A stretch of DNA of 63,982 nt, filler included, from Asterionella formosa (taxonomy: Eukaryota), in assembly GCA_002256025.1 (NCBI GenBank). It is 4 parts of 4 records of this genome, joined end to end, with 100 filler letters (N's around TTAATTAATTAA, not from the genome) between each part and the next. Parts side by side here need not be neighbours in the genome. Positions count along the whole stretch, not along the records: positions 16,170 to 32,216 come from NKIB01005137.1; positions 32,317 to 48,356 come from NKIB01005142.1; 2 more parts are not named here. The stretch is one strand, 5' to 3'. Both the position numbers and the translations under genes were made by a program. Numbering within the stretch: the stretch's first letter is position 1; each line of letters starts with the position of its first letter. The notes under the pieces were generated by a model, which was given only the letters and a program-made list of their open reading frames with translations, made no database searches and was not told the origin of the DNA. Of this stretch, positions 22,192-33,359 are shown in pieces.

Positions 22192-23501
22192 CGTCAAGGC
22201 AGATTACTCAGAAGTAGCGATCGCGGTGGCCGGTAGTTTACTAGTTGTCTTCTTATATTGATGTAACCATCACGGAAGGTGGGAAGCGAAGCCTACGAGG
22301 ATCTACAAACCAAAACTACCTATCATACCGGTATGATGCACATAATGTATAGGAATCACGGCGTCTCTGCTTGGGGCTGGCGCGTCGTGGTGTGGGTTTT
22401 GGGCCTGATTGAACGGGGAGTCGTTGTTGAACACCATACCGTATCTTTCGACAATCTCCCGTCCGGCCGTCGCTCACACTGACGTATGTGTTTCTCCATC
22501 ATCATCAGTCGCTCGTTTCGTATGCAGAGCGAACGCGAGGCTCGAGCTTGCTACTGGCACTGGTACTTACCCTGTTACCAGTCGTCTATGTACCAGGTAC
22601 AACGAATAGTAAGTGTCGGTAGTCTACCTGGTACAAGGTACCATTACAGGGTACCGGTAGTTTAGTCCATGGACATACCGGTACCAGGTAGTAGATTCGA
22701 TTCATGCATTATCCTCCTGTCTTTCTTTTATGTAAAAGCAACTCTACTTTAAGCAAAATGATAGCAAATGGCACAATAAGCAAAACAGATTGGTCTCAAT
22801 ATTTCAGGCCAAATCAGATTAAAGCTAAATATATATAGGAACAACAAGCCGGTCGGGTTGGGTTATTAAACGGATATCAAGAAGAAACACATTTATCAAT
22901 TTGGAATTGGAATCAGAATTGCCGGAACAACGACGTCGTACGTGGAACTAGATATAGCAAAATTAACCCAACTTGCTGGTACTATGTAGCACTACCGGTT
23001 AGTCCAGAATATATTTTGCTGTATTTATATGCCGGTATATGTATAGCAATAATGAATATAAGACACTGAAATAAGAAAGTGCAACCTCTGTTCTGTCCAC
23101 AATCCCCTTGACTTTGCCAGTCACCTTATCTCTCATGAATTGGTACTTGGTACCGGCATACCGTTGCCTCACCATGGCAAACGAGTGGTGCACAGGACGG
23201 AGAGATTAAAGTCTACCGAAAGCGAGTACGCAGTGAAGTGGCACACGACCCTAAAACAACCGGACAAAAGCATACACAATGAATAGAGTTATATCAACGG
23301 GTCACCTTCGTTCCCTGGCTTTCCGAAATCAGCACGCTAAAGATGTTCAATGGCGACTGCTCCATATTCGATCTGCGTATATCAGGGTAATCCCGCGGAT
23401 GTCCTGATGTCGATGTTGTCCCGGCAAATTCGTAGTCATCCATCGGAAATACTCCGCCTTTTTGCAAATCACAACGATGAGCACAATTCTCACTTTTCAT
23501 C

Positions 23502-25604
23502 ATGAGCAGATACGAGAGTACGAAAATGAGCAAGGCTTCTCGCAACAAGACGACAAAGCGCCAGGAGGAGAAATTGCAAGATGTCGACGTGGATGATCGA
23601 TCTGCTGCTTCCTGGAAGCTGCCCGAAGCCGTCTCAGTCACCGGCGACGACGTGGAACCTGGACCGCCTTTGGTTTCGTCGTCAAGCAGATCAGTGTCGG
23701 CTCGGACTTCGATTGTGAGAAAGGACACAAGGTCGAATCAAAAGGCTCTTACCGAGCACTCTGGAAGTACCCATCGCCGCCGTTTCATTATCTGGGGAAG
23801 CATAGGAGCGGCCTTGCTTGCAGCAATTGTTCTCGCGCTTTTGTTTCTTGTGGGACCTCTCGGAAGCACGAGTAGCTCGTCACCTAGTGATCCAAAGGTT
23901 GAAAATGACTCTAATTTTACCATGACGCCCCGCGAAGCAGCCTTGATTAGCATCATGGCAGTCGTCTCTCCCATTGGACTGAACGACGAAGGATCCGCTC
24001 AGTATTTGGCAAAAGAGTGGCTCTTTCATTTTGATTTGCTCCAGCTCACTCCGTCTGCCACTACCAGCAATGACACGATTATTCAGAGATATGTTCTGGC
24101 CGTGTTTTACTATGCAACAAACGGTCCGAAGTCATGGGCAGCAAATAACTGGCTCGCAGGTGGTGAATGTGTGAATTTGTATTGGACTGGAATAAGCTGT
24201 AACGATTACCACCAAGTTCGTGCTATTGCATTTGGTAGGTTTCTGTGTTGTTCTTTTCTGAAATAAGCTGTTGCAACGAAACGAAGGCTAAACATTTCAT
24301 TTTACGCAGACAATGCCGGACTTGAAGGTTATATCCCTGAGGAGCTTGGAGCCTTGTCCATGTTGGAAAACTTAATCATCAAGAATCATCCCAAGATTGC
24401 TGGTCATATTCCAACCACCTTGGGAAAACTTGCTGTGCTTGAACAACTTGGATTATACGAAAATGCATTGACTGGCGGTATTCCATATGAATTGTACAGC
24501 GCTACCAAACTAAACTACATCAATTTGCAGGGTAATCAATTGCAAGGAGGTCTCACTGTTCACATTGAGAAATTGCAAAACCTCGAGAAACTTATTCTTT
24601 TCAACAACAGGTTCAATGGAGGAGTCCCAATTAGGCAAATGGCGAAAACCGGATTGCGCTTGTTGGGTCTTGGCAACAATTGTTTTGAAGGGACAATTCC
24701 AAAACAAATCTCCAACCTACTTAATTTGGAATACCTCTATCTTAATAATAACAACTTCACGGGAACATTGACTCCGAACTATGGAAGGTTGACAAATTTG
24801 GGTAAGCAACGAAATTGTGTGGATTGAAGCAGCGTGGTTTCATCGTTTGCTAACTTCATCATCACAGTGTCAATGAGTCTTGATAATAACGCTTTTAGTG
24901 GAAACATCCCCAGCGAAATTGGAGGAGCAACTTCACTTGCTTTCTTTTCGATGCAGAAAAATCAGGCGACCGGAACTATTCCAAGCCAGATAAATCAACT
25001 CAAAAATCTTCATACGCTGAATTTGGCAACTAACTTTCTCAATGGAACGATTCCTTCCACAGGAGACATGAATTCTCTCGTTAATCTCTATCTCTACCAA
25101 AACCAGTTGACTGGAACAATGCCTTCGATGCTTGGCGATATGAAGTCTTTGGAGATTATCTTTTTGAGTTCCAATAAGTTATCCGGATCCATCACGCCTA
25201 CGCTTAGTAACGCAAGTGCAACCCTTAGGGGCCTTTACTTGTCCGACAACGGCTTAGATGGAACAATTCCTGCAACACTGTGTGCGCTAAGCACTTTACA
25301 CTCCCTATTTTTGGACACGAACTATTTGACGGGCTCAATGCCGTCGTGTCTCGGAACCTTGACTTTACTTCAAAAATTGTATGTTTTCCATAACAAACTG
25401 TCTGGGGAAGTTCCCACATCAATTCAGGAACTTCGATCATTGAATGGGCTGGGACTAGAGAACAACAATTTTGTTGGAAGTGTTCCGTTGGGCATTTGCC
25501 GAATTAGCGCTCTGAGCGATCTCTGGTCTGACTGTGGAGGATCGAATCCCGAGATTGCTTGCACATGCTGCACGACATGTTGCCCATCGTCTTCTTGCCA
25601 ATAA
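23502..25604 (+). CDS. Membrane-anchored leucine-rich repeat protein; exons 23502-24234, 24310-24801, 24868-25604 (~653 aa)
   Basis: N-terminal TM helix, QRYVLAVFYYAT..W...C..W.G..C cap, many LxxLxLxxNxLxGxIP repeats and a C-terminal DC...C.CCT.C cap. GT-AG introns join in phase. Confidence 0.92.
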
Positions 25605-26033
25605 AGCCAGTGCCAATTAGTTTCATGGGTTATGGTCTATGTATGAAATGGCTGTTAAGAAAACGTAAATATTATGTGATATATATTTATTTATTCTCAG
25701 TTATGCTAATGAAACACAAATTGGATTATGGGCTTGTAGAGCGGCTGAAGAAAAAAGGAGTATTTATGACTTGAAGCGCATTTGATAGTTCCGATAAGCA
25801 AAGATTGTAAATGTACGACAATTTTCACCTCAACACAAATTATTGAAAGTACTTTGACCCACCAGGAATCTGCCCTAGGGCTTGCAGGCGCCGAAATAAA
25901 TAGTATGGGAACTGAAATAAAAGTAGCGTTCATTCTCTAATTTACCAAATGCATGCATCTATTCATCATTCCCTTCCTGGAGCCTTGGTGAGTTTCCTTC
26001 TGGTTTACCCACACAGTAAGTACAATTCATTCA

Positions 26034-26270
26034 TCATCCTTCTTCTAACATCCAAAGAATCTCGTTTTCATCGTCGACAGGCTTCATCCAGGAGCTGAGT
26101 CTTCCTACATTGGGATTGGATTCTTTCTCACTGTTGGTGCAGGGGCTATTTGGTGGTGTTCCCACATCGTGGTCCTTGGGAGGTAGAATAGTAGCTCCTT
26201 GCATGGGCCGCTTATCGAACTGACTCTGGACCCCTTGCCTAAGGGATATGAGATATTCATTCCAAGTCAT
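26034..26270 (-). CDS. Small hypothetical protein (78 aa)
   Basis: ATG-initiated ORF inside a gene island, with natural-looking composition (TPPNSP, Trp-containing tail). No recognisable family. Confidence 0.4.
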   Translation of the reverse strand: MTWNEYLISLRQGVQSQFDKRPMQGATILPPKDHDVGTPPNSPCTNSEKESNPNVGRLSSWMKPVDDENEILWMLEEG

Positions 26271-27126
26271 AACTGTCTATTTGTGTATGAAGGGATGCTT
26301 CGCTTTTGTCGTTTTGATGTCTGGAATTACTGATTTTATGATGACAAGATGAGAAAGTATCGATGACACGGCGTCGACGCGATGATGTTTCTGTGAAGGC
26401 CCCTTCTTTGCCATCAAGATACATGTCGTCAGGGTTCTCATTTTTGATGGGTTCGTTCTACATGTCACCTATTTATTATATGGACCGGTATGTACGAAAA
26501 AAAATGATACGTAACGACCTGCCGTTCATGTACTCCGTAGCTAACAAAATAGCAATACATACAGTATGATAAGAAGCAATTACACCAAAAATCGTTTCTA
26601 CAATGTATAAGCATTTACCATTATTATTCTAGTATTGTATATGTTTAAAAAATGCAATTACACATACATTGAGTATACTTATAACAAATAGACATGCCGG
26701 AGTGAGGCAGTATTAATCACAGCTCATATGCACTAATAGCTAATACTGTACTGATAGTGAGGATTCCAGGATGAAAAATTATATACTGCACTGACATCAA
26801 GGCATTTTGTCCTTGATGTCGAATTTTGCGAAGTCGAAGTAGAAGTTTTGCTAGTGACATAGACTATAGTCAAAGTACACCGTTCGAAAAATGCTTGCGG
26901 TTAATGTATACATACACTATACATCATCATTACCTGTCGTCACATGAATTTGTCTGTGTTTCTTGCTCATATTACTCTGAATCTCGTGCTCACCAATGAG
27001 CACATTCATATACCAGGTATTCAGAAACCCACGATCATGAAAAACATTTCAGGATCCTGGTGGCAGAGTTTGGCGGAAGGAAGGCTTCGAATGAATATCC
27101 ATTCTTTCGCAACACAAAATACTATA

Positions 27127-27321
27127 TCATTTACGACTTACCGTGATAGGCGCATTCCACATGTTGTTCAGGATCGTGTTGTCGATGAGAATTTTGCTTT
27201 TCGGCGAGGCAGTAATCATCGACATGGTTCGTCGATCGGTTCCATTGTTGCTCGCAGGAGGTACGATAATAGTTCCGACCATAGGACGGCTTCTGGCGAG
27301 TTGACGGATCGTGCTCAACAT
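27127..27321 (-). CDS. Small hypothetical protein (64 aa) with mitochondrial-presequence-like N-terminus
   Basis: MLSTIRQLARSRPMVG...RRTMSM is Arg/Ser-rich and acid-poor. An A-rich leader precedes it, and it is divergent from the EGF gene. Confidence 0.45.
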   Translation of the reverse strand: MLSTIRQLARSRPMVGTIIVPPASNNGTDRRTMSMITASPKSKILIDNTILNNMWNAPITVSRK

Positions 27322-27784
27322 CCTCTTTGATATCTTTTTGCTTGGCTTGCTTGCTGGTATGTTTGTTCTTTGAAATGTGAGACAAAAGTGAAAGCAACGT
27401 GCTGAAAGTGAGCGATAGGAAAATGTCAGGGAAAATGGGAACTCATTTCTCAGCGGACGGCCGAGGTACGTACCGATGCATACGAAAAAATTTAAAAATA
27501 ATTTTCTTTTACGTATGATGATCATCAGGCATACCAGTGCCGGTACCCGGTAGTCTCTTTCGTATCATATGTATCCAGAGTATACCGGTAGACTACCTGG
27601 TACCCTGGTACTGGTACCGGGAGCTCTGTAATATGGTGTCCGTATGTATCATGACATCATGAATGGTGATGTTCCATCACCGAAATACCGGTATCATGGG
27701 CCACAGCCAAACAGATACCGTACATGTACCGGTACAGGCATTCGCCTCCACAATGAAACTCCAAGGCAAAAGCCATTTCACAAA

Positions 27785-28659
27785 ATGATTCCTCCAGCTT
27801 TCGTCTTCCTCTCCGTGCTGCTACTCACCTCAGTATTGTGCGAGGTTTGTGATTTAGCATGCCGCAATTCAGGAGAGTGCAAATTCGGCAGCGCAGATTA
27901 CTCTTTTGAATCAGACACTTTTGACGATGACCAACTTCCTTTTGCTGAGCACATTGACGGAAAGTATTGCAAATGTATTTCTGGGTGGACTGGGGTGCAA
28001 TGTGAAATTAAGTTCGTGATATGCGGCGAAAACAAGCATACGTGCTTCAATGGAGCACCTTGTCAGGCGGACGCTAGTGGGCTCTTTCATTGTGAATGCG
28101 ACGCGGCAAAATCTGACTTGTCTAGTGTGTATGCTGGTCAGTTTTGCGAGCACGTTGCTACTGTGTTTTGCACCACAAATGACCCAACTACTGGACAACC
28201 CGCCAAGCACTCATTTTGCACTAACGGAGGACGCTGCAAGGAATTTGTCAACTATGACGTAGAGTAAGTTGAAAGGGAAGGAGAATGAACATTTTGCCTT
28301 GTCCAGTTGAGGTGCGAGTACCGGTACTCACATTAATGGAATTTTCCAGACATCAAGGATGTGACTGTGGAGAAACTTTCGAGGGTTCCCACTGCCAGTT
28401 TTACAAAAAATCAAGTGAGGTTTCAGCTAATACTGGTCAAGCCGCTGTTGCTTTGATTGGAATCACCGTTGGTACAATTTTTCTAGCTGTTGCTTCTGCA
28501 TTTTTGTATCGAAAACTGAAGGGAAATCAAATGAACAAATCCACAAGATTGAGCTTACGAGCCTTTGACGACGCTTGCCAGGATAGCATTCGTGGCCTTG
28601 ATGGCGATGCGGATGCACTGACAACTCCTACTGCAACGTTTGAAGGGGAGATGACTTGA
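27785..28659 (+). CDS. EGF-like domain type I membrane protein; exons 27785-28263, 28350-28659 (~262 aa)
   Basis: Signal peptide, EGF motifs (C.N.G.C, CKCISGWTGVQC, CFNGAPC, CTNGGRC, CDC...FEGSHC), a TM helix and a cytoplasmic tail. The 86-bp GT-AG intron is in phase. Confidence 0.9.
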
Positions 28660-29391
28660 ATTAACACGACTTCCCTGAAAAAAACTGATCCTGTCTTGTA
28701 GAAAGTTGAGATTTTCAATTTTTCTTTGCGTTGCGTGTACATATCATACACAAGGCTGCATACAATGGATCTGCATCAAGTCATGCTTTCGTGTTGGGTT
28801 TCTTGCCGAGCTTTCATCGATTACCGTACTATCGCTGACTTAATCATTACATTTCGCCAAGTCAGAAGCTGAAAAGTGGAGAATGAGAGTTTCCTAGTGC
28901 TGACTTGGAATTACAGAGGGAAGGATTTGTAGGCCATCAGCAAGGTGTTGATGTCGTGAATATCTTCATTACTTGAATCTCTTAAAGTGATCGAATATCG
29001 GACTTTGTAATCCAATTTTTTATGGCTAATTATTCCTGTTCTCTCTGCTTGTTGAGACATAATGTGAACTGCGAGCAAAGGCTAGTGTTCAGGTCTTGTG
29101 CAACTTTTGTACATGTCCGATCATACAACTTACTTTCGAGGTTGATTTGCGGCGTACAAGATGTCATGCTGAAGAGACTCCCTGCAGGAGGCTAGGTTGA
29201 ACAATAATCATGGTTTGCTATGGTCGAGGTAGATTACCCGCGAAAACGTCTTCCAAACGGCAGAAGAATATCTCTTGTGGACTAGCGGTAAGCTAACTTG
29301 AGAGGGCGACAACAATATCAATCCCAATGGTTTAAGTAAGTATTACGTTACGAACACTTGATGATCGCAAATTGTTGTGTTTTTGTATGAT

Positions 29392-30382
29392 TCAATAGTA
29401 TGGGTGGTAGGCACCACCCCCACCACCGCCATAGCCTCCTCCACGACCACCGCGACCGCCACCTCTAAATCCTCCACGACGAGCTCCTCTTCCGCCTCTA
29501 AATCCACCTCCTACTCTACCTGATGCTCCCCCACCTCTGCCACCTCTAAATCCACCCCTACCCCTGCCTCTCCCGCCACCAGGGTCCTGGGCATAATAAA
29601 AGTTTGGATCATTGACACGCTTGTGTGTCACCTTGATTACTCTGTCCTTGAAAGTTGATCCGTCTAGCTTGACTGCATTTTCTACAGCGTCTTCGGTCTG
29701 AGTAATAAGAATGGAATAAAAGGCAAATGATTTGTTTTGGATTTCCTTTCATTGGCTTTTGCTGACCGCGGAGTTGCATATAGGTAATCAGACACCAAAA
29801 ACAAACAAGCATAAATACGCACTTACCTCAAATTCAATGTACGCAAATCCTACAAGAATGATCCGAGTGCGGTGAATCAGAGTCAGCACTTACTCAGTCA
29901 CACTACGTGATTCCACAAGTCCACAATTGGTAGCTGTGAAACAGGGAACATGTCAACACGTACCTTTGGGTCTTCCCGTCATTTTATCACACACAATAGT
30001 CACTCGCTCCACTGTCCCACATGCTCCAAAGTGAGCCAATAACTCTTCCGGAGTAGCATTGTAATCGACTTGACCGACGTAAATGGAACACCTGTGGAAA
30101 GGCTGGTTTAGTACGGGCGATCGTAACGGCAGCCAAACATGTTTGGACATTGCCACCTTCTTGTCTTGCTCACCCGTCCCTCTTCGCTATTTCCTCTTTT
30201 GATTCCTCTCCCTTTTTTGCCGTTGCAGCAGTATTCCCTCCACCCTTTTCAAGTGCTTCCGTCTCCTTCGTGATTCGCGCAGCTTCGGCTTCCATCCGTT
30301 CAATTTCCGCCTGCAGCTTCTCGAGGTCTTCGTCCTCCTCTTCCTCCGGCTCTTCTTCTTTCTTGGATTCTACTTCACTCAT
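29392..30382 (-). CDS. PABPN1: Nuclear polyadenylate-binding protein 2; exons 30382-30174, 30091-29964, 29849-29827, 29697-29392 (~221 aa)
   Basis: Acidic coiled-coil N-terminus, RRM ([38 protein letters not shown]), KVT.KR.N and an RGG tail ending YHPYY. All three introns are GT-AG and in phase. Confidence 0.93.
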
Positions 30383-30737
30383 CGTGTCGATTATTGCCTT
30401 TCCGGTATGTATGGACTGCGTTTTGTTGGTAGACAGTCTAATACAGGTAAAATGACTGTAATGAAAAAGCGAAATGTGATGAATTCCAATTCATCTCATC
30501 GCTGCAATGATTATCCCTGTGCGTCATCAGTATCAGCATGCAGGCAGAGGCTAGACAATCTGCAAGCTGCGAGTGGTAAATGAGAATTTAGCTCGTTTTA
30601 CCGTATAGTACGAACCGTCTTCTACCGGGACTTTTCACATCCAACCTTGTTTGTAATTCAAACGTTTGTAGAAGAAAGGGCAATAGAAAATCATTGTAAA
30701 AAGAATCCTAACCAGTCTTCTATTTCATACCTCTCAG

Positions 30738-30809
30738 CAAATCTTGGCAGCATTCCAGACTTAAAGCTTTAGTGAGAAAGCTTTAAGTCTTGAATGCTGC
30801 CAAGGTTTG
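30738..30809. repeat. Near-perfect hairpin; related copy at 45957-46033
   Basis: cttggcagcattccagacttaaagcttt-agtgag-aaagctttaagtcttgaatgctgccaag forms a 28-bp stem with one mismatch. Confidence 0.85.
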
Positions 30810-31400
30810 GCTGCTGGTAGAGATGAAGAAGTCGAAAATTGCAAATTGTAGTGATTCAATAATTTTGGAGATTCATCATGCATGTATTCTTATGTAGAAC
30901 CCTCATAGACTTTGTGTCCCTCTTATAACACCATGGTAAAACTAGTACAGTGAACTACCACAGCACCATAAATAGTATATTATCACACCTCCTCACCTGT
31001 ATCATCAGCCATTCTTGTTAGCATGTCATCTCATTTGCCTTGATTGTGTCTCACAGCATCACCACACAGGTTGATTGTAGGGTTGATATGGCTGCTTGGA
31101 GTTGAGAGAATTGTACACATTGTTGTCATCAATGATGTTATAAAACAAATGATGGAGATACCATATAAACATAGTAAGTGATGAGCAGCAGACTGGATAT
31201 CTTCACACCATCTTTGTCACCAGAATCTCACTAAGAAGTTGTCTTCTTATGGCTTTTACAAATGTTTGACTATGGCGAAGGTTGCATGCTGTACTACTAG
31301 TTTGAGCTACAATTATATACCCAAATGTAGCAGCAGGCAGCAGAAACCTCCTTTTCACACACAGTGGGCCAGAACAGTTTACAGGTAGCAGTGAAGTATC

Positions 31401-31830
31401 TAACTAGAAGTAGTAGTATTTGTTGAATATATGAGCTTATTTGTTAATCCTTGTGTGTAACTCGTTCTCCAAGTCGACACCAAAGTATACAATGAGGGTT
31501 AGTCGAGTTCTCTCATTATTGAGTTCTTATACATAAATGATATAACACTAACCCTATATACATCTGTATTGATGCGCAAGATCGCTCACTCTCCCACACC
31601 AAGGGAAAACCTTTTACCTTTGAAAAGGTTTGATGTAATGGATATTAATTCGTTCCGTAGTATGCATAGTTTGTTGAAAAGTAACTTTACCATTGGCATA
31701 TACTTGAATAAATAGAATAAGGACCTCGTCCATGGTTATCCAAGGTAGTAGGATTACCCAATAGGATTAAAACCTCATCAACAACCTTGTAATCGCAAGA
31801 ACGACGACGGAAATTATCACGACGTAGTCA
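31401..31830 (-). mobile_element. Gypsy 3' end: integrase tail, PPT (31589-31599) and 3' LTR (31401-31588)
   Basis: The integrase tail is paralogous to 17700-17940. GTGTGGGAGAG is followed by TGAGCGATC. The 188-bp segment recurs alone at 49219-49404. Confidence 0.75.
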
Positions 31831-32216
31831 TTTGTCAATTATCACTTATCAACATTGATATCCCAATATCAATTACATATCTGTAATCAAATCATGTTGG
31901 AAAACCCATGTTCCTGGTGAAAATACACAATGTACTATAAATAGTAGCTCGAGCTGCATATGATGCAGCAAACTAGTATCCACAATATTCTGAACTTGAA
32001 ATTCCTTGATTGGAGGATGAGCCTTTAACATGACTTGTACATAGGCTTTTAATGTGTATGAAAGGAATACCAGTAAATTGACCTCCATTGTCATGTATAC
32101 AACCTTCTGGACGGAGATATCCGTCCAACCAATCATTTTTAAATTTCATCGCAATATATTCTGATGTCTTATTATTGATATGTGAAATTTCTGGTAAATT
32201 GGTGACTGTGTTAACT

Positions 32217-32316
32217 NNNNNNNNNNNNNNNNNNNNNNNNNNNNNNNNNNNNNNNNNNNNTTAATTAATTAANNNNNNNNNNNNNNNNNNNNNNNNNNNN
32301 NNNNNNNNNNNNNNNN
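32217..32316. other. Artificial contig spacer
   Basis: 44 N + TTAATTAATTAA + 44 N. Confidence 0.97.
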
Positions 32317-32733
32317 CATCACCTCTGCAGTTCGAATTTGCCTTGACCCCCCTAATAGTCGCTTTGTGACGCTATTATTAAGAAAAGAAGCGACATAACT
32401 GTTCTTCGGAAACAAAGGAGCAGGAGAACCATGGTCGGAAAAGAAGAATAGGTTGTAGCGGACGCTCTTGACTTGACAGTTGGCTCTATAGAAGTCCACC
32501 ACTGTGCCACTGCTTGGAATGGTGATTCTATTGGGATCATAGGACATTGAAGGGTAGCACTTGTTCATGTATGTCATCAATGTTCGCGTAGTCAATAGCA
32601 TGTTGCTTCCAATGTTGAATTTTTGGTTCATGTAGTGAATGAGGAGGTCGGCCGGAATCCAGCGCCCACGTAGTGATGACTCCGCCATCACCAAAGAAAA
32701 ATATCGTCCAAACAACTGAAAGTTTGATGTCAT
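32317..32733 (-). CDS. N-terminal part of an unidentified ORF cut by the contig end (possibly transposon-encoded)
   Basis: Open from ATG 32733 to the gap (139 codons). No family recognised. Confidence 0.4.
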
Positions 32734-33359
32734 CTGTTTTGCGGTTTGGTTTCCGATCAGCGCTATGATAACGGTTCTAATACTATATCGCAAAACACAA
32801 GGCACTGAAGGGAAGCAAAGGGAACCAACCGAGCGCAATCAACATGGTGATGGTTGTAACAACAAGAGATTCATCGCACAAAATATTTAGCTATATTTTT
32901 AGAAATAATGGTTTGTACCAGGCCTACTAGAGCTACTATATGTTCTTCGATCATGCACCCAGCCATAGGAACTACCCGCTTCATACCGGTAAACCGAACA
33001 GAGTACGAAGTGAAGGCAAGGTAATGATTGCTTCTTAGAGCATCGCTACCGCATGGACCAAATACCAATCCAATTGAAGTTGCGGGTCATTACATTTCAT
33101 GATGGATGGTGTTGGTCGGAAAAGCAAAAATATTTTAGCAACCGCATCGACCAAGACCAAATATCAAATATGCTTTGGTCTTGGTCGAGGATTAATAAGC
33201 AAATATCAGGTATTTGGTCTATTAGACTCCGACTGGAGCCAAATAAAAGGAGCATTGTTTCTATTGGTTTAGATTGTGGCTCGTGCCGGCAACCTAACTT
33301 TATAGTTTAATCAGTGCATACATAATAACAGTACATTCACTATAGTCTCTTCACTGAAT

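Noticed and set aside
20428..22261. Plus-strand ORFs overlapping the Ala/Lys-rich gene
   Set aside because: Antisense shadows of a low-complexity coding sequence.
26793..26820. 10-bp stem-loop (gacatcaagg...ccttgatgtc) as a terminator
   Set aside because: Intrinsic terminators do not apply to a eukaryotic nuclear locus, and a single short stem may be chance.
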